Shown here piece by piece: positions 1 through 13,070 of a DNA stretch of 64,000 bases (positions are counted from its first letter, which is position 1; each line of letters starts with the position of its first letter). The stretch comes from Nemertoderma westbladi (Eukaryota > Animalia > Xenacoelomorpha). The DNA lies in assembly GCA_032718475.1 (NCBI GenBank), contig JAUCBJ010007572.1, positions 1-64,000 on the forward strand, in the 5' to 3' direction. The notes beneath the pieces were generated by a model. That model was given only the letters and a program-made list of their open reading frames with translations. It did not search any database and was not told the DNA's origin. The translations under genes and the position numbers were made by a program.

Positions 1-2124
1 GTATCAAGATTAGTTAATGAGTATGATTATCAAGTTAAATTAGTTCGTTCGGTAACAGTTTATACTTTCGATAATTCAAGCAGTTTACGGTACAGCAGTA
101 TCTATCCAAAAATGCCGGTGTTTCTGGCTTAGACAGCAATAACAACAAAGTAACAAGTAAAACAGTAAGACTGAACACTCTCCTTATGATCGACTAAAAA
201 GCTACACGTCGACAGGAAAAACCGCCCTGATTGGCCCAAGCCAAACAAAGAACCACGCGGCCAATGGCTGTTTCCATGTCAGCAACCAGCTGCTAGATGT
301 CGTAATATGAATCATCACGGCTAAGCTGTGAAAGGTGGTTGGTGCATTACAAGTTTTTGTCTTACCATGTCCGCTAAAACACGTATATAGCAGAATGATT
401 TTTATGTCCGTTAAAACACCTGTAAAGGTACCTTGCGGGCGAGGGGAATATATATACAGTTAGAAAACCTTTTTTAGAGTATTCCAGCGCCTGGGGGGGA
501 ACTGGCCAGCAAAGGCAAACGTATCAGTTATCCCACAAAAGCTTTTACACTCTGCATCCATAAATGTGAATTCAAGACCACGGGCTAAATATTATTAATA
601 CCAAGGTGGGAAAGTTGCAAAGCCTTTGAAATTACAACTTTAATTAATATTGTATAATTGTTTCTTTGTCTTCTAAAAGTTGTTTAACAATATATTTACT
701 TGTTAATTACAGATAATCTCTGATGTACCTTATCTGAGTCGACGACGACAGATGGTCTGGCGCCCACCAAAAGGTCTCCGGTTGTTACACCAAACTACAT
801 TCCCGATGGAAACCATACCGACAATGGATGGAGGCATAGTGTCTAACTATAGGTACTGTAAGTCTATATGTTTCTTTCTGATTAAAAGTAAAAAAGTAGG
901 CCTACAGTACTTGAGTAAGCTGATCAAGTACTGTAGTGTCGGCGGGTTCCAGAAACTTACTTATCCACAAAAACCGTACAACACAACCGCTATATGAGCA
1001 TGTTACAGTGGCACGTTAATTTAACCAAAACAATAAACTACTCACAATAGAACAGGTTACAGTTTTATTTTTGCTCGTAAACAGCTGTTATTTGCGTCCA
1101 ATTTCCCGTAGAGAGGGATGAATTTGTATTGCGTTCGCCCCCCCCCCCCCCCCCCTATATCTGATGATGTTACACCTGCCTTCAGCCACTGTTGAACTGT
1201 ATACAAATGTTTCCTGTTTCTGCAGCCACAGCCACAGAGGAGCTACAGGTGTAGGTGTTCCCGATCCCCGTCCGTACACCTGCCCAAGTCTCCATCGCTC
1301 CCATATCGATATCAACATCGGACCAGGTCGGAGTTTTGCGACAACCTACAGAGATCTCCATCCTGGATCTTACCCTCCTGAACCTAGACAGATTGAACTG
1401 CCGGGAAGTGTGATACGCATTCATCAGGTAAGTCGCGTTTATTGACAGCAACTAGCAAGTCATTGATAGAGAGAGACACTACATCACTACATCGAATTAT
1501 AATTACTTTAATTGCTTTGCAAGGTTGATCAAAAGCAAAGGATGTTGAGTAATAAGTAAAATTATAAGAATAAGATTTATATAATTTTGAACAACGTAGC
1601 ACGATTAATATAGGCCTAATGAAAGCCCTTACTTACTTTACTGCCTTAGATGTGAAAATCACTGAAAATGACATGACATCTCTAAATATTGATACATTTT
1701 AAGTTTGACGCTGAAATACTACTCTTGTTTATTTTTATTTTGTTCGATTGAATAGAACTGCGACTATTATTCTCAGTACTGCTGTATTGTACCGGTATCG
1801 TACATCGGTAGGCCCATTTGTAGTGCAGTAGTGCTTAGTATTGCTGTATTGCAGTATTGTTTATGCTTGAATCTTGAACCTGTTTCGGATCTCTGACTGA
1901 ATTGACAATCATACAATGGAAGTGAGTTGTGTGTTGACAAGTAATGTTGGCAAGAAAGTGTTAGTGAAAGTGTTTGGCGAAATCTATGTTCGCAAACATC
2001 TGTTCGAAAAATGATACGTTTGTGCGGACGTTTCTTGAAGAATACCTAGACAGACACAAACTCGAGTTTGGAGTTTTCTGGACAATTATGTTGCAATTAA
2101 ATGTACGGCTGCTCATATTACTGA

Positions 2125-3335
2125 GTGGCTGCAGCGTTCACTATCCTCTGCGTCGACCAACGCCACCACCACCTCGGCGTTGCCCCTCTGCCCGATCCCA
2201 TCACCTGCCACTGTTCGGCTACCGGCACCGGGTACCGCAAGGCCAGTCTGCAGCAGAGTTCATTGACATTGAGGACATCGACGTCGACATGGACACCGGA
2301 TCATATTGACAATCCTACGACCGGAATGAGTTACCATCCGCAATATCGATACACGAGTCAATGCACGTCACCCGCAACCGCCACCTACCAAACGCTGAAA
2401 CGCTCAGATATGTAGCCTCTGTACCCACAACCAACTCATACCATTATTTTACCCAACATCTATCAGACCCATCAGACTGTCAGATGTTTCGGTAATCCTA
2501 CGCATTAAGACGGAAGACGAACTGGAATATAAACCCGACCGAGGATCTTGGCATTGGCTTCAATGAGTTGTTCTCTCCTATAGATATAGCATATGGAATC
2601 CGCAATGATATTCTAGCGGACACTAACTCCCCGAGCCCCACCCCCACACCGCTCATGGTCCCTTAACAGACACTAGCTCCTCACAAACCCTTACTACTCA
2701 GTCTCTCGGCGACTCCAACCATTCCAACACCTACAACCTCCTGCGTTGCCACAAATCAACAACAGTTTCCGGTACCGGCGACCAATCACAACAATCCCGT
2801 GATGATTCAGACATGCTCACTTCCTACGATGACGTAACACCCAGAAGTGTGAATAGGCCTAACTCCTTAGAGAGCTTAGACCAACCTCGTCACTCTGGGA
2901 TACAACATCAGGACATTGTGAAAAGGAGTCTATACAATGAGAAGCCCTTCAGCTGTGATACTTGTGATAAGGCGAGGGGTGACAGGTGAGCGTCCACACC
3001 AATGCGATATCTGCAACAAACGTTTCTCCCGACTAAGCACCCTAACCAGGCACGAGCAGACGCATAATGGTGAGAGACAGTATAACTGCAACCTGTGTCA
3101 GAAACGTTTCTCTCAACTAGGCCACCTAACCTCGCACAAGCGAACGCATACCGGAGAACGTCCGTACGTGTGCGACACGTGCGGGAAGGGATTTGCAAAG
3201 AACGGCACTCTAACGATCCACCAACGAACACATACGGGAGCTCGGCCGTACAGCTGCGATACATGCGGGAAATGTTTCTCCCACCGATATCAAGTAAAGC
3301 GCCACAAATGTATCCGCAGTGGGGAGACACGATAA
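2125..3335 (+). pseudogene. Disrupted C2H2 (Kruppel-type) zinc-finger gene
   Basis: ORF 2937-3335 has three C2H2 fingers with TGERP(Y) linkers plus a terminal C2HC finger. An extra finger start (EKPFSCDTCDK, from 2939) is in a different frame and truncated. The upstream Pro/Thr-rich, GC-richer stretch is broken by stops and frameshifts. The 5' limit is approximate. Confidence 0.7.
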
Positions 3336-3574
3336 CTGTATTGTTTGTAAGAAACGTTTTTCAACTTCCAGTAAACTTGGTAGACACAATCGCGCTACAA
3401 AATAGTAGAATAAACTATTAGTTGTTTAGGTTAATAAACTGTAAGTGCGAGATGGCCGCGTCCGTACAAAGTTTGCTGTAATGTTTGAATATATTAAGGT
3501 TTATTACATGACAATATAAGTTAATTATAAAACCAACACAATTATGTTCGGGTTATTCATTAGTGAACAATATC

Positions 3575-3865
3575 AAACGAGTAAAACTCTGTCCAGGGGT
3601 TACCATGAGATACGGAACTCGTTAAACAATCAGTAATGCAGACGCCCTTGAAGATCTATCAGAACGCAATTTCACACGCAAATTTAACTTGGAAAATTTA
3701 TAATCTTTTTCCACACAACATGTGTACCAAGTTTGGATAGATTTCATCGAGATTTGGCTGAGTTATTTATTAACGTTTAAAATTGAACACGACAGAACAA
3801 CAGACACACCGATTGAGTTAGTGGTACCCGTATGCTAATCACTTTCGTGGCTCGCCCCACAAATA
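3575..3865 (+). mobile_element. Putative non-autonomous Helitron/Helentron-like element
   Basis: Its 3' end (ttcgtggctcgccccacaa) is shared with 15991-16009. Both copies contain a 'ccaagttt' motif followed by a short ACAG/GAC-type microsatellite, a layout reminiscent of DINE-1/HINE elements. Family assignment is inference. Confidence 0.35.
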
Positions 3866-3882
3866 TTATATGAACATTTTAG

Positions 3883-4139
3883 AGACAGGGGTGGAAACTG
3901 GACGCAAAACCCGCCTTGGCGAATTAATATCCCGCCTCAATGTTAAATTCTCAATTTAGGGAAAGGAGCAGGTTACAGTGGCACGTTATTATAACCAAAA
4001 CAATAAACTAAGCACAATAGAACATGTTACAGTTTTATTTTTGAGAATAATCAGCTGTTATTTGCGTCGAATTTCCCCTGGAGAGGGATGAATTTTTATT
4101 GCGTCCAGTTCCCCCCCCCCCCCCCCCCCCCCCCTATCT
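3883..4139 (+). mobile_element. MITE family A, full copy (TIR AGACAGGGG..ACTGGACGCAA)
   Basis: Terminal inverted repeats agacaggggtggaaactggacgcaa / ttgcgtccagttccc(C)n-ctatct. The same internal sequence recurs at ~997-1162, ~29160-29326 (reverse), ~55560-55753 (reverse) and ~60670-60780 (reverse). Confidence 0.7.
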
Positions 4140-4676
4140 GACTTTTTATGGCTTATACCAAATAAAAGTAAAAAATGTTTTTAAAAATAGAAATTGAAAT
4201 TTATCTTATTTTAGATTATTGGCGACGATATGAGGGAAACATTAACGTCTAATAAGCTCACAACTGATTATCGTTCCACCTATTGGAGGTCGCACGAATC
4301 GCTAGCGCGGTCTCGGGGGCCCGGAACACCTGGGGTCATACAGCCGCGAGTTAATTATCACACAATAACCGGGGAACGATTAAGTACATCCTATCCCATG
4401 CAATACCAACCAGCGCTAGCCAATAGCAAAGGTAGTGAGGGCCGGATGAATGACTCCAACACCAGGTTTAGAAGGAATTCCGGAAACCGTGTTCTTCGAC
4501 CAATCAGACGCGAGGATACCTTTATATTGAGTTAAATGCCATCGGGGATTGGCTGAACAGTTCGAAGAGGTAATCTACCTCTTCGAAACCTGGTCACTAG
4601 AGTGTAACTTACAGTATCGGTTAAATTATAATTGTAGAATAATTAAATATTCGCTCTGTAAACTGACATTAAGTCT

Positions 4677-4917
4677 CAGTTTACCGCCCATGTGAAGAAT
4701 ACCAGGATTTCACTTTTCGGTCGACTTTTTATTGGAATTTTATATATGAAGATTTTTTATTTTTTTTTAATTTATCTTTATTAAGTGTTTTATAGCGCAT
4801 ATTTCTGTCTTATAACCTGTACATATACTAATTCGTTTATTGTTTTGGTTAGATTCAGCCTTTCTGTAACCTGTGGTTTTGGTGAAAACCTGGTATTCTT
4901 CGCATGGGGGTAACTGC
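4677..4917. mobile_element. Small MITE with ~35-bp TIRs starting CAGT
   Basis: cagtttaccgcccatgtgaagaataccagg at 4677 is the near reverse complement of cctggtattcttcgcatgggggtaactg at ~4889-4917. A further partial copy of the TIR core lies at ~4943-4961. Confidence 0.5.
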
Positions 4918-5454
4918 AAAGTGAAATATAACGGCAGAAAGTCTGGTATTCTTCACATGGGACCAGTTTACCCTATCACAGAAATTCAGTTGTGCATCAG
5001 TTTTACAACAAACAGTATAGGCTACTCTTTTTAATTTGTTATCTCTCAATTTGTTGTATCGCTAATCCTGATGTTCTGTTCTCTGTTGTAGGATAACTGA
5101 AATTTGTTGAATATTATTTTTGATATTTTTTTTAATTAATAAATATTTTTAATTTTTACGCTTTTTTCTTTGAATGGATTCGTTGCACATAAATTTAATA
5201 TAATTACAGTTCCAGGTTCCCATTTATTGCAGTAATTTCAGTTTTGGGATTTCAGTTTAATCTGCCAGTTGTTAATCTGCCTTAACTTCCAGTTGCGGTA
5301 ACTTCTATTTGTAAATGTTGCAGACTCCTCTGTTATATCCCTAACAGAGTTAGTTGCTCATGAGAGTTAGCCGGCAAAATGTTGTTGAAACATGTCGTAT
5401 CGTATGAGACTGGCTTTAGTGTAAGATCGTTTAATTTCTATCGTAGAGTTATTC

Positions 5455-6140
5455 ATGTACTACTACTAGGTCGAGCGAGCTCGGATTGTGGAAATGAGAT
5501 CCTTAAAGAATTCCCGATTCTCCATAGCCTGTTGTCCACGGCTACACTTTCCTTGTGTTGGTTGCTAGATAAGTAGATCTCATATGACCTCGTCTTTACG
5601 TCTCCAGAAGTGCCCACTGAATCGTAATCTGCGTTCACGGAGGGTGGTTGATACAGGTGGTATTGTACCATAAAGCTCGGCGTTTGTCATGTGTTGTCTC
5701 CAGCTGATGTTTAGGGCTGCCCTTAGTAGTCTTGTGTAGCAACGTGTCAATTTGTTGTTCAAGTGATTTAGTCAGTGTCCAGGTCTCACCCCCGTATAAA
5801 AATACACTTTCCACTGTGGCTTGAAAGAAATCTTCAGGGAACCTGATGGTAAGCTTGTTTCCTGATGGTATCCAATTTTTATTAGAACCAACCATGTGTC
5901 TTCTATGTCTTTTTTTGCTGCTCTCTATCCATGACCCAAGGTAGTGGAAGTTGTCAACCTTCCTTAGTTGATTGTTATTAATTAATATTTTGGTCAAGTT
6001 TCCATTTACATTAAAAGTTATGAATTCGGTCTTGGTACAGTAGCATTTATATGCACTCCAACCTCCTTAGCAGCCCTCTCCACTTTATTTCGTAGAAGCT
6101 GCGCATCTGTTTGCGTATTAGAGAGCCAGGCGATGTGGCT
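5455..6140 (-). mobile_element. Degenerate RTE-clade LINE, 3' fragment (subfamily 2)
   Basis: Fragmented ORFs with V(D)NFHYLGSWI, FLYGGETWTLT and LRFSGHFWR. (TAG)n-type tail near 5457-5469. The 3' end is shared with the copy at 7563. Confidence 0.8.
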
Positions 6141-7361
6141 GTAGTTGCCGGAAGGAAAATTCCATTTATTGTAATTGCAAAAATGAATATTATTTCATCA
6201 ATATTCCTAAACCCTACAATTTAAGTTGATTAATTAAGGTTCATAATGCCGATAAGCTGATATATATATATATTGAACAGAACTGGTACATACTGTATTA
6301 TTGTGAAATTGGTACTATACATCATTCAAAAACCTCGGGTCATGAACTGTAAATAATATTACCAATGTTACTTTCTTAATAGTCAACATTTATATTAAAT
6401 TGTATAAAATAACCTAAACAAAACATAATTGTATTTAACTGATCAACTAACTAATAATATTGATGTCTGTCTACCACATACAGTTATTAATATTACTGTA
6501 GACGTACACACCGTATAAAACAATTAACAAGCAGCACTGACCAGTAACCGAGCGCGTGAAAAAAAGGTTACTTATATTACACTTTAAATTAATTAAAGAA
6601 GGAGGTTTGGCCATCGCTCACCTGTAACAAAATCGGATACAAAAAATTTAGACCACAAACGAAACTTTTCATTATCGCTATTATAACTTAATATGCTGTA
6701 ACTCACAAAGTGTCGATAAAGCTCGAGCTGCCTAATAGAATTATACTTAATAATTTAATTTATATAAAAAAATTGTCTATAAGCATCAATCACCGTACAC
6801 CATACAGGCAAAGCAACTAATTATTACCCGACAGTTAATTTTTTTTCAACAATCAATAATTAAATCAAACATTATTTTAGCACTATAGTGTCGGATAAAG
6901 TGTAAGTAATAACGACAATTATTAGAAAATGACAACTTTTTATTCCTCAATTGAATCATTAGTTCGCTTACCTAGTATTGCCAATTCACCCACAAGTAGT
7001 ATTAAAGGAAGGTAAAATTCCAACATATTTCGGCAGTAATTGCCGACACCGTGAATAAAAACCTGTGTGTCAACAGTTCTATCACATATTTTGGACAACG
7101 AAACCAAGTTTGCGAAATTGTGGTCGCTAAAGTTAAACTATTTTATGATTCCTCAATTTCGGAATACGTTTATGTACATTTATAAGGACTATATAGTACA
7201 TACTTTATATGCAGGAGTCTGTAGTCTACAATCACCCCCCATTATAGGGTCTTAATTAACTGTCAGATAACATTTAGCCGTTTGTTTTGTAATAGTAATA
7301 CAAATACTACACGATGTATTAGTAGTTTTATAATTGTTTGTATTCGGTAACTAATTTACAG

Positions 7362-10300
7362 CTAATTGGCGGAGGAATCTCGTCCTCCCGGCGTTTGGTA
7401 AGCTCTCTCACGGTCCTTCAATTCTTTGTGGAATGTGTGAACTAAGATGAATCCATATATCTGAAATTATATATTATGAAGCGAAAGTATTTTATTTAAA
7501 ATATATTAATATTGGGTCGTCTACCGGTGAGGTGGAGATCGGTTCACAGATTAACTTTCATTACTAACTACTAGTTGAGGCGAGCTCGGACAGTGGAAAT
7601 GAGATTCCAGCTTTTCCATAGTTGTCGCAATTTCATTTCTCCCAAGTCCAGTATCCATTTTAAGTCTTTACTCGTCTTTACTTCTCCAGCAGTGCCCACT
7701 GAATCGCAATCTGCGTTCACGGAGAGTGGTTGTTATAGATACAGTTGGTACCCACCATAAAGCTCAATTTTTGTCATGCGTTGTCGGTTGTCTCCTGCTG
7801 ATAAATATGGCTGCCCTTAGTTCTGTAGTATCTAAGATGGTATCCATTTTTGATATAGCTATCCATGCCTTTGCTTTCGCTTGAATTTTTTGTTGAATTT
7901 CATTAGATATTCGTAATAGTGTTATAAAGTTGCCCGTGAACGTGAAATACGGCAAGGCAACACGGAGGCAAGCTCCCCTCTCTTGATATCACCCCAAGGT
8001 GGATCTCACTATGCAAGCAGTTTATTTACACCTGTCTATATTTAAGTACCCATAACAACTACTAGGGTGTAGACACAGGCTTGTTCCTTAGAGTTAAACA
8101 AATCAAGAAAACTGAACTACTCCCGGGCTCGAACACACGATCTTATGGTTGGAAGTTGGGATGCTCTTACCACTGGACAATCGGTATCAAGTACAAGTAC
8201 ATTATATTACACATTTAGTTTATATTAGTAGTGTATGTAGGCCATGGATGCTGCAGTATTGAGTTCCGGTAAATAGTAGTGTATGTAGGCCATGGATGCT
8301 GCAGTATTGAGTTCCGGTAACTAGCAGTGTATGTAGGCCATGGATGCTGCATTATTGAGTTCCGGTAACTAGTAGTGTATGTAGGCCATGAATGCTGCAG
8401 TATTGAGTTCCGGTAACTAGTAGTGTATGTAGGCCATGGATGCTGCAGTATTGAGTTCCGGTAACTAGCAGTGTATGTAGGCCATGGATGCTGCATTATT
8501 GAGTTCCGGTAACTAGTAGTGTATGTAGGCCATGGATGCTGCAGTATTGAGTTCCGGTAACTAATAGTGTATGTAGGCCATGGATGCTACAGTATTGAGT
8601 TCCGGTAACTACATTAGTAGTGTATGTAGGCCATGGATGCTGCAGTATTGAGTTCCGCTAACTAGTAGTGTATGTAGGCCATGGATGCTGCAGTATTGAG
8701 TTCCGGTAACTACATTAGTAGTGTATGTAGGCCATGGATGCTGCAGTATTGAGTTCCGCTAACTAGTAGTGTATGTAGGCCATGGATGCTGCAGTATTGA
8801 GTTCCGGTAACTAGTAGTGTATGTAGGCCATGGATGCTGCAGTATTGAGTTCCTGTAACTAGTAGTGTATGTAGGCCTTGGATGCTGCAGTATTGAGTTC
8901 CGGTAACTAGTAGTGTATGTAGGCCACGGATGCTGCAGTATTGAGTTCCGGTACTAGTAGTGTATGTAGGCCACGGATGCTGCAGTATTGAGTTCCGGTA
9001 ACTAGTAGTGTATGTAGGCCATGGATGCTGCATTATTGAGTTCCGGTAACTAGTAGTGTATGTAGGCCATGGATGCTGCAGTATTGAGTTCCGGTAACTA
9101 GTAGTGTATGTAGGCCATGGATGCTGCAGTATTGAGTTCCGGTAACTAGTAGTGTATGTAGGCCATGGATGCTGCAGTATTGAGTTCCGGTAACTAGTAG
9201 TGTATGTAGGCCATGGATGCTGCAGTATTGAGTTCCGGTAACTAGCAGTGTATGTAGGCCATGGATGCTGCATTATTGAGTTCCGGTAACTAGTAGTGTA
9301 TGTAGGCCATGGATGCTGCAGTATTGAGTTCCGGTAACTAGTAGTGTATGTAGGCCATGGATGCTGCAGTATTGAGTTCCGGTAACTAGTAGTGTATGTA
9401 GGCCATGGATACTGCATTATTGAGTTCCGGTAACTAGTAGTGTATGTAGGCCATGGATGCTGCAGTATTGAGTTCCGGTAACTAGTAGTGTATGTAGGCC
9501 ATGGATGCTGCAGTATTGAGTTCCGGTAACTAGTAGTGTATGTAGGCTATGAATGCTGCAGTATTGAGTTCCGGTAACTAGTAGTGTATGTAGGCCATGG
9601 ATGCTGCAGTATTGAGTTCCGCTAACTAGTAGTGTATGTAGGCCATGGATGCTGCAGTATTGAGTTCCGGTAACTAGTAGTGTATGTAGGCTATGAATGC
9701 TGCAGTATTGAGTTCCGGTAACTAGTAGTGTATGTAGGCCATGAATGCTGCAGTACTGAGTTCCGGTAACTAGTAGTGTATGTAGGCGATGGATGCTGCA
9801 GTATTGAGTTCCGGTAACTAGTAGTGTATGTAGGCTATGGATGCTGCAGTATTGAGTTCCGGTAACTAGTAGCGTATGCAGGCCATGGATGCTGCAGTAT
9901 TGAGTTCCGGTAACTAGTAGTGTATGTAGGCCATGGATGATGCAGTATTGAGTTCCGGTAACTACATTAGTAGTGTATGTAGGCCATGGCATGGATGCTG
10001 CAGTATTGAGTTCCGCTAACTAGTAGTGTATGTAGGCCATGGATGCTGCAGTATTGAGTTCCGGAACTAGTAGTGTATGTAGGCCACGGATGCTGCAGTA
10101 TTGAGTTCCGGTATTGACTTACATTTAATAAGATGAATATGAGATATAGGATGACTTCAGCAATCAGTTTCCCGTAAGTCTGTAAATAACAAAATTATTA
10201 ATAGGGCATTTAAAACTTTGGTACAGACATAGAATAATGCATATATTATATTTGTCTATTCAATGTTATTCATCTTTAGTAAGTACCTCACAACATATTT

Positions 10301-11816
10301 CATACGTAAATATATGTTTGGGGGTTCTGTGTTGATAGGAACCGGTTGAAGATTTCAGCGCAAAATAGAAATTACACTCAAAAACTGCTACGTTGACAAT
10401 TTTAACAATATGTTATTGGATTTAAAAAGCGTAGACCCTTAGTAACAAAGTAAACAGTATCAAAATACAACTTACCCAACCGAATTCAGTCTTTAACTGG
10501 TTCCAGAATCCTGACCACTGCACAACGCGGAGTACGAAAAGGATAATGGTAGCTGGGAGAATCATAACGAGCCAAGGTAACAGCATCTTTCTCTTCAATC
10601 GGACAGCTCCTATTGGTGGGTAAGTTGTAAGACAAGTTAGTCATGCATGTGTCACGTGTGAGTTATAATAAAAGTAACATTTGTTTAATTAACTAATGTT
10701 TAACAAAAGAGATCTGTACGCAAAAAGCCAATTGGGGTGTCGATTCAGCCTTCTCATAGGGTTAATGTTAAATTAATATTAAAAATTAGTGCCTAGAGGT
10801 AAAAATTTTACTGTAAACTGTGTTCCTAAATTTAGTTTATTGTTTTCGTTAGAAATGCCTGCCATTATAACCTGCTACTTTCCTTTAAAAGGTACCTTAA
10901 ATGGTGAATATCGAAACTAAATATTCGCGAAATTAAGTTAATATGTTAAAATAGGCTGAAACGACACCCCAATTGGTAATATGCGATCTGTACCTAGGAA
11001 AAACATAAATGCTATGTGGTAGTCATGATAAAATAATAGTAATTGTCAATAAGCATGAATAGAAATATAATGAATTTCAATCCAATAGTAGAATATGTTA
11101 CCATGCTAACCTACCGTATATAAGTGCAATACAAGCCAATAGCATCGCTATGTAACCTATGAGACGGAAGACCAGGATACCGTAGAACGGCATTAGGTCT
11201 GAAGGTATATCGAAAATATTTCCCTCTTCTTTGGCTTGGTTAATTAGGTTAATACTCTGGTGCATCTCCCAACAGGCTACAGCCAGCATGATAATGAACA
11301 CAATCTGGAAAGAAGGGAAAATGCATTGGAGTTGCAAAACAACGACTTTTTATCATTGCGTCAAATTCTTACTCGTAACGTGAGATTCATTGGTATGTGA
11401 ATGGAGTGAATAGTGTCACATGTAAAGTTGTATGGTACTGTTATAAGAAATATAGGGAAGAAATTTACATTAAAATTAGATTGGACTTTGATCTGAAATC
11501 TTTAGAATAATAGAGTTCTTGAACTTATTTCAATAGGGGCCGTCCAAGTATGACGTCTGCACTTTGTGAAAGTGCTGACGTCATACTTGGACGGCCCCAT
11601 AGGCCACACTAGTTTTCTGTAGGAATTCGCTGGAAATTCCACAGGCACGTTAAAGAAATACAGTTTATATGTATTCTGTTAGTTAATTCCACATTATTAT
11701 TATATAAATGATTTGTGTTAAAAACTTACGAAGCTGTATATTCCGGTGCACAGAGCCCCGACCCTAATACTGAGCCGGAAGCAGAAGGTCCGCGGAGGTC
11801 GGTAGTTGAGAGCCAT
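7362..11816 (-). CDS. Four-TM membrane protein, LAPTM/DUF4728-like (188 aa, 5 exons)
   Basis: Exons 11816-11730, 11304-11115, 10609-10476, 10179-10123 and 7460-7362 all have GT-AG boundaries and join in frame: MALNYRPPRTFCFRLSIRVGALCTGIYSF...LIYGAVRLKRKMLLPWLV...IYGFILVHTFHKEL...SAN*. The N-terminal FC-x-S-x-R-x-G motif, 'LIYGA..LLPWL' and four hydrophobic segments are typical of this family. Confidence 0.85.
7563..7880 (-). mobile_element. RTE-clade LINE, 3' fragment (subfamily 2)
   Basis: Clearly similar to 5455-5730 (gcgagctcgga..gtggaaatgagat; gtgcccactgaatcg.aatctgcgttcacggag). Lies in the last intron of the TM gene. Confidence 0.7.
7920..8187 (-). mobile_element. tRNA-derived SINE candidate
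   Basis: The minus strand starts with an A-box-like tgtccagtggt and a B-box-like gtgttcgagcc, followed by a non-tRNA body. No intact cloverleaf is apparent. Confidence 0.5.
8226..10113. repeat. 48-bp minisatellite (~39 copies), intronic
   Basis: Unit gtaactagtagtgtatgtaggccatggatgctgcagtattgagttccg. It begins a few nt downstream of the exon 4 donor of the minus-strand TM gene. Confidence 0.97.
10720..10984. mobile_element. Mutator-like MITE with 9-bp TSD
   Basis: TIR core ccaattggggtgtcg(a/t)ttcagcc at 10728-10750 and 10954-10976. TSD gatctgtac at 10711-10719 and 10985-10993. Confidence 0.75.
11536..11598. mobile_element. 63-bp hairpin mini-MITE (PIF/Harbinger-like ends)
   Basis: 30-bp arms ggggccgtccaagtatgacgtc(t/a)gcacttt with one mismatch and a 3-nt loop, flanked by ATA on both sides (3-bp TSD). 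Confidence 0.6.
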
Positions 11817-13070
11817 TCCGAATTAGAAAGTAAACAACATGCGTGATATAAAGAATGAAAAAAGTAACAGGTAAATAAACCTTTACACGCCGCTTATTTC
11901 AACAAATATTCAAGTTGTTAGAAGCAATAAAGATAATTAAATTGAATTAATTTAAAGATTGCGACTTTGCTTGTGTTTCGCAATCCGCTACATAGTCTAT
12001 GAGGTTTTTCCGTAGAGCCGCAACTATCAAATATTCCGTGGTATTTCTGCACACCTGTTGTCCTTGTTGTGTCAGTTGAGACCCTGGATTAGCTGGGTAC
12101 AACTAGAGAGGAAGCTAATAGTTCAGTACATTATAAACAAAACATATGCCTTCATTACCCCACACACACAGCCTTGCTTTATAGAGAAGTTAGCTTATCC
12201 ACGATTAACGGCAGACTCGTATGTTTGCGTATTCGTACATGGGCACGGCATAGGATATAGGCATTCTTACTGGTACCGCATTTTAAAACACATGCTGCCT
12301 CGTCCAGTTGCACATCAATATACTGTAGTAGCCGAGCAACATTTGAAATAAGGTTAGTCATTAGAAATTAGAGTTCAGTCACAATCAATTCAATTAATCA
12401 GATGAACTGACATATAAAAAATGTAAAAATGTAATATTATTAGAATCTCGCTCATAAACAACGTTCAAATGAATAAAAAAATTATATATTTGAGTCAATG
12501 CAAAGCAGTCCAAAGTTAAGTACGAGGTTAATGTTGTTACTTTGGATCAACGTTTATGTACTGTACATACACCCCTATGGACAAGTTCTCTGGTATAGTC
12601 GAGTGTTTCGTTTTTAATTTTTTTTGCCAAATTGTAAGCCATCTTTACAAAGTTTTGCTTGCTACTTCCTTGGTCGAATCAACCTAGCATAAAACATAAA
12701 AGTAATTCGCAATCAATCTGAACCGCGTTTTTTAGATTCCTTATTACCTTGTTATGCTAAAAAAAAGTCCATAGAAATTTATTTTGCGTAGATTTATTTA
12801 TACAGATTCTACGCAAATTTGCAAAAACATGCCAAACAAAAGTAAGTAGTAGCAAATAAGTGCCGGTGGTGTCCTACCAGTGGCAAACCTAATTGCTACT
12901 GTATATATCGGGAACAGGATACACACAGTGACACGACACAGTCTTACAATTTTTCAATATATCATAAATTACGTACAATAAAAATTACATATGTTAAAAA
13001 ATAATACAATTCCACTGCCTGGAATTTTAATTATTTGTAATAATGTTAGCGAAGTTTTCCACATTTTACA

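Noticed and set aside
1226-1427. Exon-like segment bounded by ttctgcag and GTAAGT
   Set aside because: No recognisable protein motif and no partner exon could be joined with confidence.
8215-9992. Repetitive ORFs (QHPWPTYTTSYRNSIL; TGTQYCSIHGLHTLLV)
   Set aside because: Stop-free frames of the 48-bp intronic minisatellite. The host gene splices cleanly around it.
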